64,000 nucleotides of DNA from Chloroflexota bacterium (GTDB taxonomy: Bacteria > Chloroflexota > Dehalococcoidia > UBA2979): the NCBI GenBank assembly GCA_003228125.1, contig QGNP01000002.1, positions 64,880 to 128,879 on the forward strand, given 5' to 3'. The notes below the pieces were generated by a model. The model was not told the DNA's origin, did not search any database, and was given only the letters and a program-made list of their open reading frames with translations. This document shows, piece after piece, positions 1 through 10,197 of this stretch. The stretch's first letter is position 1; each line of letters starts with the position of its first letter. The position numbers and the translations under genes were made by a program.

Positions 1-974
1 TACTTGGGATAGGATCACTACCTACAAGCCACTCACGTAATTATGGATGGATGGGCATGCATGGAGCATTTCATGCAAATATTGCAGCATCTAATGCAGA
101 TACAATTATTGCACTAGGCATGAGAATGGATGATAGGGCATTAGGAAGATTTGATGATCTTAATCGCAATGCTCAAATTATTCACATAGATATAGATCCA
201 GCAGAACATGATAAAAATATTAAAGCAACTGTCCCAGTTGTGGGAAACTTAAGTGAAGTGTTGCCTCATCTCATTAATAAAGTAGATGAAACAAATCATG
301 CTGAATGGATTTCATGGATAGAAAAAATTAAAGCTGATCATTCCCAATCTATGTCAATTCCTGATTCAAAAAATTTAACTGTTCAGTATGTAGTGAGTCA
401 AATTGCTAAGGAAAATGAAGAAAATGAATTAATTGTTGTCACAGGCGTGGGCCAACATCAGATGTGGGCAGCACAACATATGAATATTTCAAAGCCACGA
501 CAACTCATAACTTCTGGTGGTCTAGGAACAATGGGTTTTGAGGTTCCAGCTGCTTTGGGTGCGCAAGTTGCAAATAGAGATGCATTCGTTTGGTCTATTT
601 GTGGAGATGGTGGATTTCAAATGACTTTTCAAGAATTAGCAACAATCGTTGATGAGAAATTACCAATAAAATTTGCCATTATTAATAATGGATATTTAGG
701 AATGGTTAGGCAATGGCAAGAATTGTTTTATAAAGATAATCTTGTTGATGTAAATATGAGTCAGCCAGATTTTATTAAAATTGCTGAAGCATATGGAATT
801 AAAGGAATAGAAGTGACAAAAAAAGAAGAAGTCTCAGTTGCCATTAAAGAAGCAAATAAAATTAATGGTCCAGTATTAATCAATTTTATGGTTGAATCTG
901 GAGGTAATGTCTTTCCTATGGTTCCTGCTGGCGCAGCATTAAGCGAAACAGTTGAATCGGCTGAGGAGTTATAG
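1..974 (+). CDS. ilvB: Acetolactate synthase large subunit, C-terminal part (5' end runs off the window)
   Basis: The frame is open from base 3 (LGIGSLPTSHSRNYGWMGMHG...). TPP-binding motif GDGGFQM...NNGYLGMVRQWQ. ilvN and ilvC follow. Confidence 0.9.
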   Translation, partial: LGIGSLPTSHSRNYGWMGMHGAFHANIAASNADTIIALGMRMDDRALGRFDDLNRNAQIIHIDIDPAEHDKNIKATVPVVGNLSEVLPHLINKVDETNHAEWISWIEKIKADHSQSMSIPDSKNLTVQYVVSQIAKENEENELIVVTGVGQHQMWAAQHMNISKPRQLITSGGLGTMGFEVPAALGAQVANRDAFVWSICGDGGFQMTFQELATIVDEKLPIKFAIINNGYLGMVRQWQELFYKDNLVDVNMSQPDFIKIAEAYGIKGIEVTKKEEVSVAIKEANKINGPVLINFMVESGGNVFPMVPAGAALSETVESAEEL

Positions 975-1554
975 TGTGAAACACACAGTAGTAGCATTAG
1001 TTGAAGATAAACCTGGAGTATTAAACAGAGTCGCTTCTTTATTTCGAAGAAGAGGGTACAATATTGATTCTCTGGCAGTTGGCACAACTCATGAAATTGG
1101 AGTTTCAAGAATGACAATAGTTATTGAAGGCAATGACAATATGGTAGATCAATTAGAGAAACAATTGTACAAACTTATTGAAGTAATAAAAGTAGAAAAT
1201 TTTACATCAAAAAATTCAATTATGAGAGAACTTGCACTGATTAAAGTTAAGGCAAGTTCTCAAAATCGAAGAGAAATATTAGAAATTCTAGAAGTTTTTA
1301 GAGCACAAGCAATAGATTTATCAACTGCAAGTCTAGTTATTCAAATTGTTGCACATAGAGATACAATTGATGCATTAATAGAAAATCTCGATCGTTTTGG
1401 AATCTTAGAAATGGTAAGAACTGGCAGAATTGCAATGAGAAGAGGTTATACAACTACGACAGACGATGAAGATTTTAATGATGAAGATACATTAAGATTT
1501 AATTCTCAAATTGGACGTTTAACGAACGGAAATTTTCCATTCGTTAGTGATTAA
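952..1554 (+). CDS. ilvN: Acetolactate synthase small (regulatory) subunit
   Basis: ACT-domain N-terminus HTVVALVEDKPGVLNRVASLFRRRGYNIDSLAVG. The real start may be the in-frame GTG at 976, which lies 6 nt after GAGGAG. Acidic C-terminal tail is longer than usual. Confidence 0.85.
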   Translation: MNRLRSYSVKHTVVALVEDKPGVLNRVASLFRRRGYNIDSLAVGTTHEIGVSRMTIVIEGNDNMVDQLEKQLYKLIEVIKVENFTSKNSIMRELALIKVKASSQNRREILEILEVFRAQAIDLSTASLVIQIVAHRDTIDALIENLDRFGILEMVRTGRIAMRRGYTTTTDDEDFNDEDTLRFNSQIGRLTNGNFPFVSD

Positions 1555-1575
1555 TTTTATTAAGGAGTTTTTAAA

Positions 1576-2577
1576 ATGGCTAAAATTTATTATGAAGATG
1601 ATGCAGATTTATCAGTTTTAAATGGTAAAAAGATTGGTATTATTGGATATGGTTCTCAGGGACATGCCCATGCACTAAATCTTAAAGATTCTGGAGCAAA
1701 AGTTACAGTAGGTCTTTATCCTAATTCCCCTTCATGGGAAAAAGTAAAAAAAGATGGACTAAACGTTGGTACTGTTGATGAAGTAGCTAAAGATTCTAAC
1801 ATCATTATGATATTAGTTCCTGATCAAGTACAGAAACAAGTTTTTGATGAACATATTGCACCATTTATTGAAACGGGTGATACAATTATGTTTGCTCACG
1901 GATTCAATATACATTTTTCACAAATTGATGCGCCTAAAGGAATTGATGTATCAATGATAGCTCCTAAAGGGCCTGGTCATTTAGTAAGAAGAGTCTATAC
2001 CGAAGGTAAGGGAGTTCCTGCATTAGTAGCTATCCATCAAGATGCATCTGAATCAGCAATGGCAACTGCTCTTGCATATGGAAAGGGCATAGGATCAACT
2101 AGGGCGGGTATTTTAGAAACTACTTTTAGAGAAGAAACTGAAACAGATCTTTTTGGAGAACAGGTTATTCTTTGTGGAGGTGTTACTTCATTAGTTAAAG
2201 CTGCTTATGAAACATTAGTAGAAAATGGATACCAGCCAGAATCTGCATATTTTGAAACACTGCATGAATTAAAATTAATCGTTGATCTAATGTATGAAGG
2301 CGGCATGGAATACATGAGATATTCAATATCAGAAACTGCTGAATATGGAGATTACACAAGAGGTCCTAGAGTGGTGAATAAAGATACAAAAGCAGAAATG
2401 CAAACAATCCTTGAAGAAATTCAAACTGGTGAATTTGCTAGAGAATGGATTGTAGAAAATCAAGCTGGTCAACCTAAATTTAAAGCCTTGAGAGAGAAAA
2501 ATATCAATCACCCTATTACTAAAATAGGTAAGGAAATTAGAGCAATGATGGGTTGGTTAAATAATGAATCTAAATAA
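1576..2577 (+). CDS. ilvC: Ketol-acid reductoisomerase (class I)
   Basis: [20 protein letters not shown] Rossmann motif, conserved throughout its length, sits in the ilv context. Confidence 0.95.
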   Translation: MAKIYYEDDADLSVLNGKKIGIIGYGSQGHAHALNLKDSGAKVTVGLYPNSPSWEKVKKDGLNVGTVDEVAKDSNIIMILVPDQVQKQVFDEHIAPFIETGDTIMFAHGFNIHFSQIDAPKGIDVSMIAPKGPGHLVRRVYTEGKGVPALVAIHQDASESAMATALAYGKGIGSTRAGILETTFREETETDLFGEQVILCGGVTSLVKAAYETLVENGYQPESAYFETLHELKLIVDLMYEGGMEYMRYSISETAEYGDYTRGPRVVNKDTKAEMQTILEEIQTGEFAREWIVENQAGQPKFKALREKNINHPITKIGKEIRAMMGWLNNESK

Positions 2578-2601
2578 TGAAGATTAATTAAGGAAATACT
2601 A

Positions 2602-4170
2602 ATGAGTTCCTCATCTGAAAAAATATATATTTTTGATACTACTTTAAGAGATGGCGAGCAATCTGCTGGAATAGGCTTTACAAAAGAAGATAAATTACAA
2701 ATAGCACATGCCTTAAATAAATTAAATGTTGATATTATAGAAGCTGGATTTCCAGCGTCATCTATTGGAGATTTAGAAGCAGTTGCTGCAATTGCACGAG
2801 AAATCAAAGGTCCTGTTATATGTGGGCTAGCTAGAGCAAATGAAAAAGATATTGATGCAGTCTGGGAAGCTGTAAGATTAGCAGAAAGTCCAAGAATTCA
2901 TGTTTTTCTTTCATCAAGTGACATACATATGGCACAGCAGTTACATAAAAACAAAGAAGATGTAATAGCTATGGCTAGGACTTCAATTGCTCAAGCATCT
3001 AAATATTGCTCAGATATAGAATTTTCACCGATGGATGCAACTCGTTCAGATCCAGATTTTGTATATCAATTAGTTCAAGCAGCCATTGAAGAAGGTGCAA
3101 CAACTATAAATATTCCTGATACTGTTGGGTATGCAATACCGGAAGAATTTAGTAAATTTATAAGTTCATTAAAAACTAATGTAAAAGACATCGACAAAGT
3201 ACGTATATCAGTACATTGCCAAAATGACTTAGGTATGGCAACGGCAAATTCTATTGCTGGTATTATGGCTGGAGCAAGGCAAGTTGAAGGAACTATCAAT
3301 GGAATTGGCGAAAGAGCTGGAAATGCATCACTTGAAGAAATTATCATGACAATAAATACGAGACAGGATATAATAAATCTTCATACCAACATTAACACTG
3401 AAGAAATATATGCATCAAGTAAATTAGTTGAAAGACTTTCAGGTATGCATGTACAATCTAATAAAGCAATAGTTGGTAAAAATGCATTTAGGCATTCATC
3501 AGGAATTCATCAAGATGGCGTACTTAAAATGAGAGAAACTTATGAAATTATAGATCCCAAAACTATCGGCTTATATAACGATCAATCAATAGTTCTAACA
3601 AAAGTTTCTGGCAGACATGGGCTAAAAGCCCGATTAGATGACTTAGGAATTATTGTGTCTGATGAAGATTTTGATCAAGTATTTAATGCTTTTAAAGACG
3701 TTGCTGATAAAAAAAATGAAGTAGATGACAGAGATCTAGAAGTCATACTTTCGGAACTTGGCAATATTGATTTTGAAGAAGAATGGATTTTAGAAAGCGT
3801 TCAAGTGTCTACTGGTGATAATCAAAAACCAACAGCAGCAGTAGAATTAAAAAATAATGAAAATAATAAACTATTTCAAGACGCGGCTATTGGCGATGGT
3901 CCTATTGATGCTATATGTAAAGCTATAAACAGAATAGTAAAAACAGACAACAAGCTTACTGAATACAGAGTAAAATCAGTTACTGAGGGAATTGATGCTC
4001 AAGGTGAAGTAGCTGTAAGCATCAATTATCAAGGCCAAAGTTTTGCAGGCAATGCAGCTCATACTGATATACTCGTAGCGAGTGCTAAAGCCTATATGAA
4101 TGCTTTAAACAAACAAATTATATATAACAAAAGAAGAGAAAAAAAAGGAGAAAAACATAATGACGAATAA
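2602..4170 (+). CDS. leuA: 2-isopropylmalate synthase
   Basis: [14 protein letters not shown] and [13 protein letters not shown] motifs, C-terminal LeuA dimer/regulatory region, located upstream of leuCD. Confidence 0.85.
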   Translation: MSSSSEKIYIFDTTLRDGEQSAGIGFTKEDKLQIAHALNKLNVDIIEAGFPASSIGDLEAVAAIAREIKGPVICGLARANEKDIDAVWEAVRLAESPRIHVFLSSSDIHMAQQLHKNKEDVIAMARTSIAQASKYCSDIEFSPMDATRSDPDFVYQLVQAAIEEGATTINIPDTVGYAIPEEFSKFISSLKTNVKDIDKVRISVHCQNDLGMATANSIAGIMAGARQVEGTINGIGERAGNASLEEIIMTINTRQDIINLHTNINTEEIYASSKLVERLSGMHVQSNKAIVGKNAFRHSSGIHQDGVLKMRETYEIIDPKTIGLYNDQSIVLTKVSGRHGLKARLDDLGIIVSDEDFDQVFNAFKDVADKKNEVDDRDLEVILSELGNIDFEEEWILESVQVSTGDNQKPTAAVELKNNENNKLFQDAAIGDGPIDAICKAINRIVKTDNKLTEYRVKSVTEGIDAQGEVAVSINYQGQSFAGNAAHTDILVASAKAYMNALNKQIIYNKRREKKGEKHNDE

Positions 4171-5560
4171 AACTCTTGCACAAAAAATTTGGGACAAGCA
4201 CGTAATACATAAGGAAGATGGCCTGCCTGACCTCTTGTACGTCGACTTACATTTAATTCATGAAGTAACTTCACCTCAAGCATTTGAGGGCTTAAGAATA
4301 AATAACAGAAAAGTTAGAAGGCCCGATCTATGTATAGCCACCATAGACCATAACGTCCCAACTACTGATAGAACTCTGCCTAATCCAGATCCGCTTTCAA
4401 TAAAACAAATCGACACTCTAAGAAAAAATACAAAAGAATTTAATATTCCATTGTTAGATATATTTGATAATAGGCAAGGCATAGTCCATGTGATAGGTCC
4501 TGAACAAGGATTAACTCAACCAGGCTTAACTATAGTTTGTGGCGATAGTCATACTTCTACTCATGGTGCATTTGGTTCTCTGGCATTTGGAATAGGAACT
4601 TCTGAAGTTGAACACGTATTAGCAACGCAATCACTTCCCTCTCCAATGCCAAAAATGATGCAAATAAATATAAAAGGGAATGTAAAACCAGGCATAACAG
4701 GCAAGGATATTATTCTAGCTATCATCAATAAAATAGGAGTCGATGGCGGCATAGGGCATATTATAGAATATACAGGTGACGCAATAAAAAATCTATCTAT
4801 GGAAGGCAGAATGACTGTCTGCAACATGACAATTGAAGCAGGTGCAAGAGCTGGCTTAATAGCTCCTGACCAAGTAACATTCGATTATTTAAAAAATAAA
4901 CCATTGGCACCAAAAGGTGAAGAATGGGAACGAGCTTTGACATATTGGAATACTCTTTACTCAGATGAAAATTGTAAATTTGACACAATTATTGAAATTG
5001 ACGCTGCTACCATAGAGCCATTTATAACTTGGGGCACAAATCCTGCTCAAAGCATACCTGTCTCTGGAATCATTCCTGATCCAGACCAAATATCAGATCC
5101 ATTTGCTAAAGAAACTGCACAAAGAGCATTAAAATATATGGAGTTAAGTCCTGGCACTAAAATACAAGAAGTAAAAATAAATAAAGTATTTATTGGTTCT
5201 TGCACTAATTCCAGAATAGAGGATCTTAGAGCAGCATCCAAAATTGTCAATGGTAAAAATATTGCTGACAATGTACATGCGATTGTTGTACCAGGATCGG
5301 GTTTGGTCAAAAAACAAGCAGAAGATGAAGGGATAGACCAAGTATTTATAAATGCTGGATTTGAATGGCGTGAAGCAGGTTGTTCAATGTGCCTTGGCAT
5401 GAACCCAGATATTTTAAAACCTGGAGAAAGATGTGCATCGACATCGAACAGAAACTTTGAAGGCAGACAAGGCCAAGGTGGAAGAACTCATTTAGTAAGC
5501 CCAGAAATGGCGGCCGCGGCAGCTATCGCTGGTCATTTCACAGACGTAAGGAACATGTAA
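4160..5560 (+). CDS. leuC: 3-isopropylmalate dehydratase large subunit
   Basis: Aconitase-family motifs [24 protein letters not shown] and GCSMCLGMN. Confidence 0.95.
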   Translation: MTNKTLAQKIWDKHVIHKEDGLPDLLYVDLHLIHEVTSPQAFEGLRINNRKVRRPDLCIATIDHNVPTTDRTLPNPDPLSIKQIDTLRKNTKEFNIPLLDIFDNRQGIVHVIGPEQGLTQPGLTIVCGDSHTSTHGAFGSLAFGIGTSEVEHVLATQSLPSPMPKMMQINIKGNVKPGITGKDIILAIINKIGVDGGIGHIIEYTGDAIKNLSMEGRMTVCNMTIEAGARAGLIAPDQVTFDYLKNKPLAPKGEEWERALTYWNTLYSDENCKFDTIIEIDAATIEPFITWGTNPAQSIPVSGIIPDPDQISDPFAKETAQRALKYMELSPGTKIQEVKINKVFIGSCTNSRIEDLRAASKIVNGKNIADNVHAIVVPGSGLVKKQAEDEGIDQVFINAGFEWREAGCSMCLGMNPDILKPGERCASTSNRNFEGRQGQGGRTHLVSPEMAAAAAIAGHFTDVRNM

Positions 5561-5561
5561 C

Positions 5562-6164
5562 ATGAATTCGTTAAAAAATATATCAAGTATAGTACTCCCA
5601 CTTAATCGTGCTGATGTAGACACTGATCAAATTATGCCAAAACAATATTTGAAGAGAATTGAAAGAACTGGATACGGGCCATTTGCATTTGATGAGTGGA
5701 GGAAAAATCCTAATTTTGTCCTTAACAATCCATTATATAAAAATGCTCAAATTTTATTAGCACAAAGAAATTTTGGATCTGGTTCATCTAGAGAACATGC
5801 AGTATGGGGACTTGAAGACATTGGTATAAAAATTGTAATCGCTCCTAGTTTTGCAGATATTTTTAATTCAAATTGTGGAAAAGTTGGTCTTTTATGTATT
5901 CAATTAAATCAAAAAGAAATTAACACATTAATGAATTTATCAGAAAGTAAGTCAGGATTAATTCTTTCAATAAATCTTGAAGATCAAAAAATCATTAATG
6001 AAGAGTATTCTATCAATATTAATTTTGAAGTAGATAATTTTCTTAAATATAGATTGCTTAATGGACTTGATGATATAGGCATTACAATGCAAAGGGATGA
6101 AGCCATACAAGATTTTGAAAGTAAAAGATTTAACTTTTATCCTTCATCAAAAACAATCATATAA
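5562..6164 (+). CDS. leuD: 3-isopropylmalate dehydratase small subunit
   Basis: GSGSSREHA swivel-domain motif; immediately follows leuC. Confidence 0.9.
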   Translation: MNSLKNISSIVLPLNRADVDTDQIMPKQYLKRIERTGYGPFAFDEWRKNPNFVLNNPLYKNAQILLAQRNFGSGSSREHAVWGLEDIGIKIVIAPSFADIFNSNCGKVGLLCIQLNQKEINTLMNLSESKSGLILSINLEDQKIINEEYSININFEVDNFLKYRLLNGLDDIGITMQRDEAIQDFESKRFNFYPSSKTII

Positions 6165-6186
6165 CACATATTAAAAATATTACATA

Positions 6187-6915
6187 ATGCAATTTATAGG
6201 TACTGGTAAACACTCAAGCGTATTTCGATCAAATGACAATGCTATAAAATTATTAAATAAAAATATGCATAATCAATATAATTTCAATAAAATCAATCAC
6301 GAATTCAATGCAATCATTGCTTTGGCAGAACACGGAATGCCAACTCCTAGGAATGCCAAACTTATTATTAATGAACTTAAAAAAAAACATGGCATACAAT
6401 ATGATTTTATAAATGGCATACTTGCAAAAAATTTTAAATTTACAGAGGAAAATAATAAAAAATTCCAAAGTGCATTAAAAATATTTTTTGAGAAACTTCA
6501 TTCAATTCAATTACCTTTAAATAAAGTTCAATTAAAAAAAACAAATATCTCAAAAGATATCTACCCAAAAATTATTGAAGAAAATAAAAAATTATTTACA
6601 AAAAAAGAATTCGATCAAATTATTACTAAGATAGAATTGCATGCTAAAAAAAAGAATTTTATTAATAGTCCAAATGTAATGTTACATGGCGATATAAGTA
6701 ATTCTAATATTATACTTTTAAAAAATGGATCAATAAATGGTGTAATCGATTGGTCTGAATGTATGATTGGAGATCCCGCTTATGATCTTGCCGGAGTCTT
6801 AATTTACTTTGGAGAAAAAACACTTAAAAGCTTATTAATACATGAAAACTATAGCACTGAAATGCTTGAAAGAATAAACTACTATGCAAGCATGGAGTAT
6901 TTATTTCGTTTGTAA
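6187..6915 (+). CDS. Aminoglycoside/choline-kinase-like phosphotransferase (APH family), substrate unknown
   Basis: Catalytic loop HGDISNSNIIL and DWSECMIGDPAYDLA. Inserted between leuD and leuB. Confidence 0.6.
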   Translation: MQFIGTGKHSSVFRSNDNAIKLLNKNMHNQYNFNKINHEFNAIIALAEHGMPTPRNAKLIINELKKKHGIQYDFINGILAKNFKFTEENNKKFQSALKIFFEKLHSIQLPLNKVQLKKTNISKDIYPKIIEENKKLFTKKEFDQIITKIELHAKKKNFINSPNVMLHGDISNSNIILLKNGSINGVIDWSECMIGDPAYDLAGVLIYFGEKTLKSLLIHENYSTEMLERINYYASMEYLFRL

Positions 6916-6925
6916 ATGAGGTATT

Positions 6926-8023
6926 ATGAAAAAATTTAAATTATTAGTACTAGCAGGTGATGGAATCGGTCCTGAAGTTACTGATTGCGGACTACAATTA
7001 ATTAATGCAATAGAAAATAAAGAAGATATCTCTTTTGAGATAAAAAAAGAACTCGTAGGTGGAGCTGCAATTGATGCATTTGGTGAAGCAATAAAAAATG
7101 AAACAATTGAATTAGCAAAAAAATCAGATGCAGTCCTTTGGGGAGCAGTTGGTGGTCCTAAATGGGACAATCCATCTGCATCAGTTAGGCCTGAACAAGG
7201 CTTATTAAAAATTCGCTCTGAACTAAATCTTTGGGCAAATTTAAGGCCTGTAAAAATTTGGAAAGAACTTATTGATTCGTCCTCCATAAAAAAAGAAAAG
7301 TTAGAAAATGTAGATATTTTAGTAATAAGAGAACTAGTCTCTGGAGCTTATTTTGGAAAACCGCAAGAAAGAAGAATTGTTAATGGTAAGAGAGAAGCAG
7401 TTGATACAATTTATTATAATGAAGATCAAATTGCAAGGATAGCTCATCTTGGATTCAAATTAGCCAAAAAAAGAAGAAATAAATTACATTCAATAGATAA
7501 AGCTAATGTACTTGAATCTTCAAGACTATGGAGAGAGGTTGTTCAAGAAATTCAAACACAATACACAGAAGTAGATTTTCAAAATATATTAGTAGATGCT
7601 GCAACAATGCATCTTATTCGTGAGCCAAGTGATTTTGATGTTGTCATAGCATCTAATATGTTTGGTGACATTATTACAGATGAGGCTTCTATGCTTTCAG
7701 GATCATTAGGAATGTTGCCGTCTGCGTCATTGTCAAACCTTTCTGATGAAGGCATTGGCTTTGGATTATATGAACCTATTCATGGTTCTGCTCCAGACAT
7801 TACAGGACTAGGAATTGCAAATCCAATTGCGATGTTTCTTTGTATAGCAATGCTTTTCAGACATTCATTGAACTTAGAAAATATAGCTTTAAAGATTGAA
7901 TCAAGTGTAGCAGATACAATTAAAGCTGGATTACGAACGCGCGATATTGCTATAGAACTTAAAGAGAGCATATCAACTAATGAAATGGCTACTGCTATCA
8001 TTAATTCATATAACAAAAAATAA
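6926..8023 (+). CDS. leuB: 3-isopropylmalate dehydrogenase
   Basis: LAGDGIGPEV N-terminus and NMFGDIITDEASMLSGSLGMLPSASL motif. Confidence 0.95.
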   Translation: MKKFKLLVLAGDGIGPEVTDCGLQLINAIENKEDISFEIKKELVGGAAIDAFGEAIKNETIELAKKSDAVLWGAVGGPKWDNPSASVRPEQGLLKIRSELNLWANLRPVKIWKELIDSSSIKKEKLENVDILVIRELVSGAYFGKPQERRIVNGKREAVDTIYYNEDQIARIAHLGFKLAKKRRNKLHSIDKANVLESSRLWREVVQEIQTQYTEVDFQNILVDAATMHLIREPSDFDVVIASNMFGDIITDEASMLSGSLGMLPSASLSNLSDEGIGFGLYEPIHGSAPDITGLGIANPIAMFLCIAMLFRHSLNLENIALKIESSVADTIKAGLRTRDIAIELKESISTNEMATAIINSYNKK

Positions 8024-8044
8024 CTACTGCCATTCAGAAATGAG

Positions 8045-9625
8045 ATGAACTTGAGAAAAATAATTTTATACGATACTACGCTTCGGGATGGTTTGGGAAT
8101 GGAAGGAATTTCCTTGTCTTTAAAAGATAAAATTACGATAGTTCGTAAACTAGATGGATTAGGCGTGCATTTTATTGAAGGTGGATATCCTGGATCAAAT
8201 CCGAAAGATGCAAGCTTTTTCCAATCTGTAAAAAAACTTAAATTAAAAAATTCTGAAATTGTTGCATTTGGATCCACAAGAAAAATTAATTCAAAAGCTG
8301 AAAATGATATATCCCTTAAAGCACTTTTAGATGCAAAGACTACCTACATAACAATTGTTGGAAAATCATCATTCAGTCAAGTTCAAGATGTTTTACAGAC
8401 TACTGGCGAAGAAAATATATCAATGATTAAAGATTCAATTAAATTTTTATTATCAAAAAAAAGAAAAGTTATTTTTGATGCTGAGCATTTTTTTGATGGC
8501 TACAAAGAGAACGAAGATTATGCAATTAGCACTATTAAAGCTGCCGCTGAAGCAGGAGCTGAAACAGTAGTATTATGTGACACTAATGGTGGTAATCTTA
8601 CTAGCGAAATCCAACAGATCGTAAAAAAAATTGCAGAAATGAATATTACAGAAATAGGCATACATGTCCATAATGATGCTGATATGGCTGTAGCAAATAC
8701 AATAGCTGCAATAGAACAGGGAGCCACTCATGTCCAAGCATGCCTCAATGGTTGGGGAGAAAGAACAGGAAATGCAAATATTATTTCTATAATTGCAAAT
8801 ATCAAATTAAAGTTAAAAATAGACATAGTTACTGATGAACAACTTGCGCAATTAACTAAATTATCACATTTTGCTGATGAACTAGCAAATCTAATCCCAA
8901 ATGACAAGCAACCTTATGTGGGTAAAAGTGCATTTGCACATAAAGCCGGGCTTCATGTAGCAGCAATTACAAAATCATCTGGCACTTATACACATATCAA
9001 TCCAGAGTTAGTTGGTAATCAAGAAAGGATTTTAGTCTCTGAGTTGTCAGGCAGAAGAAATGTTGAACAAAAGATTAAAGAACAAAATATAAAAATATCA
9101 CTTAGCACTGATGAAGTATCCAAAATATTAAAAAAAATTAAAGAACAAGAGGCACTTGGTTTACAATATGAATCAGCAAATGCTTCATTTGAATTAATAG
9201 TAAAAAAAATAAAACAAGATTATCAAGCACCTTTTTATGTTGAAGATTTTTTAGTAATAGAACGAAAGCAACATGTCAATCATATAGATAGTGCAATTAT
9301 TTCAGATGCAATGGTTAAAGTTAAAGTTAAAAATGAAACTTTTCAATCAGCAGAAAATGGAAGCGGTCCAGTCGCTGCATTAGATTCAGCATTAAAAAAT
9401 GCGCTTACAAATTTTTATCCTAATTTAAGTATAATTAAATTAATTGATTATAAAGTTCGTATTTACAATCCCACAGAAGGATCTGCTGCTGGGGTTAGAG
9501 TTTTTATCGAATCTACAGATGGCAAGCATTCATGGAAAACTGTTGGCGCATCTACAGACGTCATTGAAGCATCCTTTAAAGCATTGCAGGATGCTTATGA
9601 ATATTGGCTAATAAAACAAAATTGA
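8045..9625 (+). CDS. cimA: LeuA-family paralogue, most likely (R)-citramalate synthase
   Basis: YDTTLRDGLGMEGISLS, HVHNDADMAVANT and a C-terminal LeuA-dimer-like region. It is the second LeuA-family gene in the same operon. Confidence 0.65.
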   Translation: MNLRKIILYDTTLRDGLGMEGISLSLKDKITIVRKLDGLGVHFIEGGYPGSNPKDASFFQSVKKLKLKNSEIVAFGSTRKINSKAENDISLKALLDAKTTYITIVGKSSFSQVQDVLQTTGEENISMIKDSIKFLLSKKRKVIFDAEHFFDGYKENEDYAISTIKAAAEAGAETVVLCDTNGGNLTSEIQQIVKKIAEMNITEIGIHVHNDADMAVANTIAAIEQGATHVQACLNGWGERTGNANIISIIANIKLKLKIDIVTDEQLAQLTKLSHFADELANLIPNDKQPYVGKSAFAHKAGLHVAAITKSSGTYTHINPELVGNQERILVSELSGRRNVEQKIKEQNIKISLSTDEVSKILKKIKEQEALGLQYESANASFELIVKKIKQDYQAPFYVEDFLVIERKQHVNHIDSAIISDAMVKVKVKNETFQSAENGSGPVAALDSALKNALTNFYPNLSIIKLIDYKVRIYNPTEGSAAGVRVFIESTDGKHSWKTVGASTDVIEASFKALQDAYEYWLIKQN

Positions 9626-9657
9626 ATAGCTTTAATCACTTATTATTAAAATTACTA

Positions 9658-9870
9658 TTACAAACGAAGTTTACCATGTGATGGCTGTCGTCTTCTAAGC
9701 TTGCCAAAAGCAAGCTCTTCTTCCTTTTTAATATCTTCAGGATCAGCGACTTCATTTTCATGAACAAATCCACATTGTACGCAAGTAGAAAACTCACCAT
9801 GTGTATCGTCTTCAGCTAATAAAAACCCAGTACATCGTGGGCATAAAGCTGGTGGTAAAGTATAAACCAT
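9658..9870 (-). CDS. Small zinc-ribbon protein (CPRC...CVQC) with acidic linker and basic RRRQPSHGKLRL tail, function unknown
   Basis: 70-aa ORF with noticeably higher GC than its neighbours. AGGAGG lies 7-8 nt upstream of the ATG. Two CxxC pairs. Confidence 0.5.
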   Translation of the reverse strand: MVYTLPPALCPRCTGFLLAEDDTHGEFSTCVQCGFVHENEVADPEDIKKEEELAFGKLRRRQPSHGKLRL

Positions 9871-10010
9871 AATTACAGACCTCCTTTGAAAACCGGACCC
9901 CCGGCATTAGGTCTGTTCCATTGCCTACGAAGTTAGCTTACGGGTTCGGATGGAACAGTCACCCGCTCAAAAAAGAGTTCACCCAAAAAAATGGTTTCTC
10001 CGCTCGTAAT
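9871..10010 (-). promoter_or_regulatory. GC-rich structured 5' leader (candidate cis-regulatory RNA) of the zinc-ribbon gene
   Basis: Helices read directly: 9913-9921 pairs with 9950-9958 (CTGTTCCAT/ATGGAACAG). 9876-9882 pairs with 9909-9915 (CAGACCT/AGGTCTG) and overlaps the SD. CCGG-ACCC-CCGG mini-hairpin at 9893-9904. Confidence 0.3.
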
Positions 10011-10107
10011 CACACTACATTTGTAATCTGTGTGAAAAAATTAGGCAAAATTCAAAAATTGAATTTGACTACAAACATTTCAAGGCTTAGTTTAAACTAG
10101 CATTATA

Positions 10108-10165
10108 AATTAAAGCAAGTTAAAGATGATCTGAATTGATAATTATTCTTTAACTTGCTTTAATT
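10108..10165. repeat. Perfect 19-bp inverted repeat (AATTAAAGCAAGTTAAAGA / TCTTTAACTTGCTTTAATT) with a 20-nt spacer
   Basis: Read directly: arms at 10108-10126 and 10147-10165, in the divergent intergenic region. Confidence 0.9.
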
Positions 10166-10197
10166 AAAATTTATTTAATTATATAAAATTGGATATT

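Noticed and set aside
9876-10010. Considered that the GC-rich island is SRP RNA, 6S RNA, RNase P RNA or tmRNA
   Set aside because: It lacks the signature motifs on either strand: GGAAGCAGC (SRP), GAGGAAAGUCCGG (RNase P), and a tRNA-like 3' end (tmRNA). It is also too short. It abuts a Shine-Dalgarno and ATG, so a cis-acting leader is more likely.
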